Below, one piece after another: positions 5,706-6,387 of a stretch of DNA of 6,387 nucleotides. The position numbers were made by a program, and so were the translations under genes. Origin of the DNA: a plasmid; the sequence record NZ_CP064763.1; one strand, given 5' to 3'. Below the pieces are notes generated by a model. It saw only the letters and a program-made list of their open reading frames with translations, did not search any database and was not told the origin of the DNA. Numbering within the stretch: position 1 is the first letter of the stretch; every line of letters starts with the position of its first letter.

Positions 5706-6110
5706 TGGTATAAATATATATAAACAGTCTCAAAATCGCTAGAAACGAGAAATAAGGCCCTTAAAAACGAATATAGCAGTTAGATTCTTGTTGAGATTCA
5801 GAAAAACTAACTGTTTGCTGTCAATGGTAGCGGACGAGCGTAGCGTGGGAGCATAAGGAATTGACAGCTCTAAACCAGTCTTAACACTGAAATGGCAAAA
5901 GCCAAAGTTTTATAGAAACTTTGCTTTCCTGCCTAACGGCGAGTGAAAAAGCGGTCAAGCTGGTTCAGCTTGGACGGGGTACGGGGCGTCAGCGCCCGTA
6001 TTGAATGTGGCTTGCCACACCTTTTAGGCAACGAACAGAGTGAGGCGCAAGGAGCATAGCGACTGGAGTTTAATGTGAGCCGGTTTTTGGCTCACTCCTT
6101 TGTATTTTTT
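5706..6110 (+). ncRNA. Candidate structured non-coding RNA (unknown family) upstream of the replication origin
   Basis: About 400 bp with no ORF of 60 aa or more in any frame, despite visibly higher GC than the rest of the window. Possible extended -10 TGgTATAAA at 5706-5714. Five perfect stems. (1) cagttag 5777-5783 with ctaactg 5806-5812. (2) gctgtcaat 5817-5825 with attgacagc 5860-5868. (3) caaagttt 5902-5909 with aaactttg 5915-5922, nested in ggca/tgcc. (4) caagctg-gtt-cagcttg 5958-5974. (5) gtggc-ttg-gccac 6008-6020. One imperfect stem acggggcg-tcag-cgcccgt 5981-5999. Ends in a strong terminator at 6065-6110. Confidence 0.3.
6065..6110 (+). terminator. Rho-independent terminator closing the candidate ncRNA, just upstream of the ori repeats
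   Basis: ggagt-ttaat-gtgagcc-ggttttt-ggctcac-tcc: a 7-bp GC-rich inner stem plus an outer 3-5-bp extension. Followed by tttgtattttttgtttc. Confidence 0.6.
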
Positions 6111-6140
6111 GTTTCTAGATTTTAATCTCGTACAGCGGTG

Positions 6141-6184
6141 CCTCTTTTATACCTCTTTTATAAACCTCTTTTAAACCTCTTTTA
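6141..6184. repeat. AT-rich short direct repeats of the replication origin (cctctttta, 4 copies, period 11-13 bp)
   Basis: Copies at 6141, 6152, 6165 and 6176. Lactococcal-type theta replicons (pCI305/pWV02 class) carry a short repeat in an AT-rich block (3.5 copies there, 4 here) immediately upstream of 22-bp iterons. Confidence 0.6.
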
Positions 6185-6222
6185 GACCCCTATTGAGGCT
6201 TACTCTCCCAAGGCTTATAGAA

Positions 6223-6324
6223 GTTTATCAACGAGGTTTTGTCTGTTTATCAACGAGGTTTTGTCTGTTTATCAACGAGGTTTTGTCTGTTTATCAACGA
6301 GGTTTTGTCTGTTTATCAACGAGT
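6223..6324. repeat. 22-bp iterons (gtttatcaacgaggttttgtct, 4 full copies plus a partial), origin of replication for RepB
   Basis: Perfect tandem copies starting at 6223, 6245, 6267 and 6289. Degenerate partial copy from 6311. Sits upstream of repB across the circular junction. Confidence 0.8.
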
Positions 6325-6325
6325 C

Positions 6326-6387
6326 TTTTAATGGTGATCGTTGATAAACAATCGTTGATTTTATATAATAGTTATGGAGGTGTGATT
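6326..6387 (+). promoter_or_regulatory. repB promoter/operator with inverted partial iteron, and RBS
   Basis: tcgttgataaac (6328-6339) is the reverse complement of the iteron 5' half gtttatcaacga. atcgttgat is directly repeated at 6327-6335 and 6341-6349. TATAAT at 6364-6369. GGAGG at 6376-6380, 7 nt before the ATG at position 1 if the molecule is circular. Confidence 0.5.

Noticed and set aside
5491-5733. Track ORFs 5491-5733 (-) and 5501-5686 (+)
   Set aside because: Both translate to Ile/Leu/Phe/Lys-rich low-complexity peptides. A third frame, + strand 5482-5667, is much more protein-like and ends at the terminator, so these two are frame shadows.
5706-6110. Considered whether the structured region is a T-box or riboswitch leader, a group II intron domain V/VI remnant, a retron msr/msd, or a tRNA/tmRNA
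   Set aside because: No downstream regulated gene; origin repeats follow instead. No T-box consensus (AATTAGGGTGGNACCGCG). No domain-V-like GAGC...GTTC 34-mer. No reverse-transcriptase gene nearby. No cloverleaf. It is left as an unclassified candidate ncRNA.
6141-6324. Direct repeats at the 3' end as a CRISPR array
   Set aside because: The units are 22 bp and perfectly tandem with no spacers. The shorter cctctttta repeats have 2-4-bp gaps only. Their position relative to repB identifies them as origin iterons, not repeat-spacer units.

Overview
The window reads as a small, AT-rich theta-replicating plasmid of lactic-acid-bacteria type (Lactococcus/Lactobacillus-like), apparently linearised at the start codon of its rep gene. 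A GGAGG ribosome-binding site occupies the last bases of the window, 7 nt before the ATG at position 1. The replicon comprises repB (Rep_3-family initiator, 1-936), four copies of an 11-13-bp AT-rich repeat, 4.5 copies of a 22-bp iteron, and an inverted partial iteron in the repB promoter (6141-6387). The accessory content is mosaic and largely plasmid-maintenance or phage-defence related. In order: an operon of three small genes, the first a minimal LexA/S24-peptidase-like domain protein and the other two of unknown function. Then a membrane-anchored protein with two Ltp-type (phage superinfection-exclusion) repeats. Then a 28-codon remnant of the 3' end of a type I R-M hsdS gene. Then a Phd/YefM-YafQ/RelE toxin-antitoxin pair on the minus strand, with a TGTAC-repeat operator over a near-consensus promoter. 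Then a divergently transcribed small tyrosine recombinase translationally coupled to an AlpA/excisionase-like DNA-binding protein. Downstream of these is a probable orphan oriT: an inverted repeat followed by TAAGTGCGC, the MOBQ-type nick core. Next is a small protein-like reading frame with no canonical start. Last is a roughly 390-nt region, GC-richer, free of ORFs and bracketed by terminators, which looks like a structured non-coding RNA just upstream of the origin. All family assignments rest on motif recognition by eye; no searches were run.
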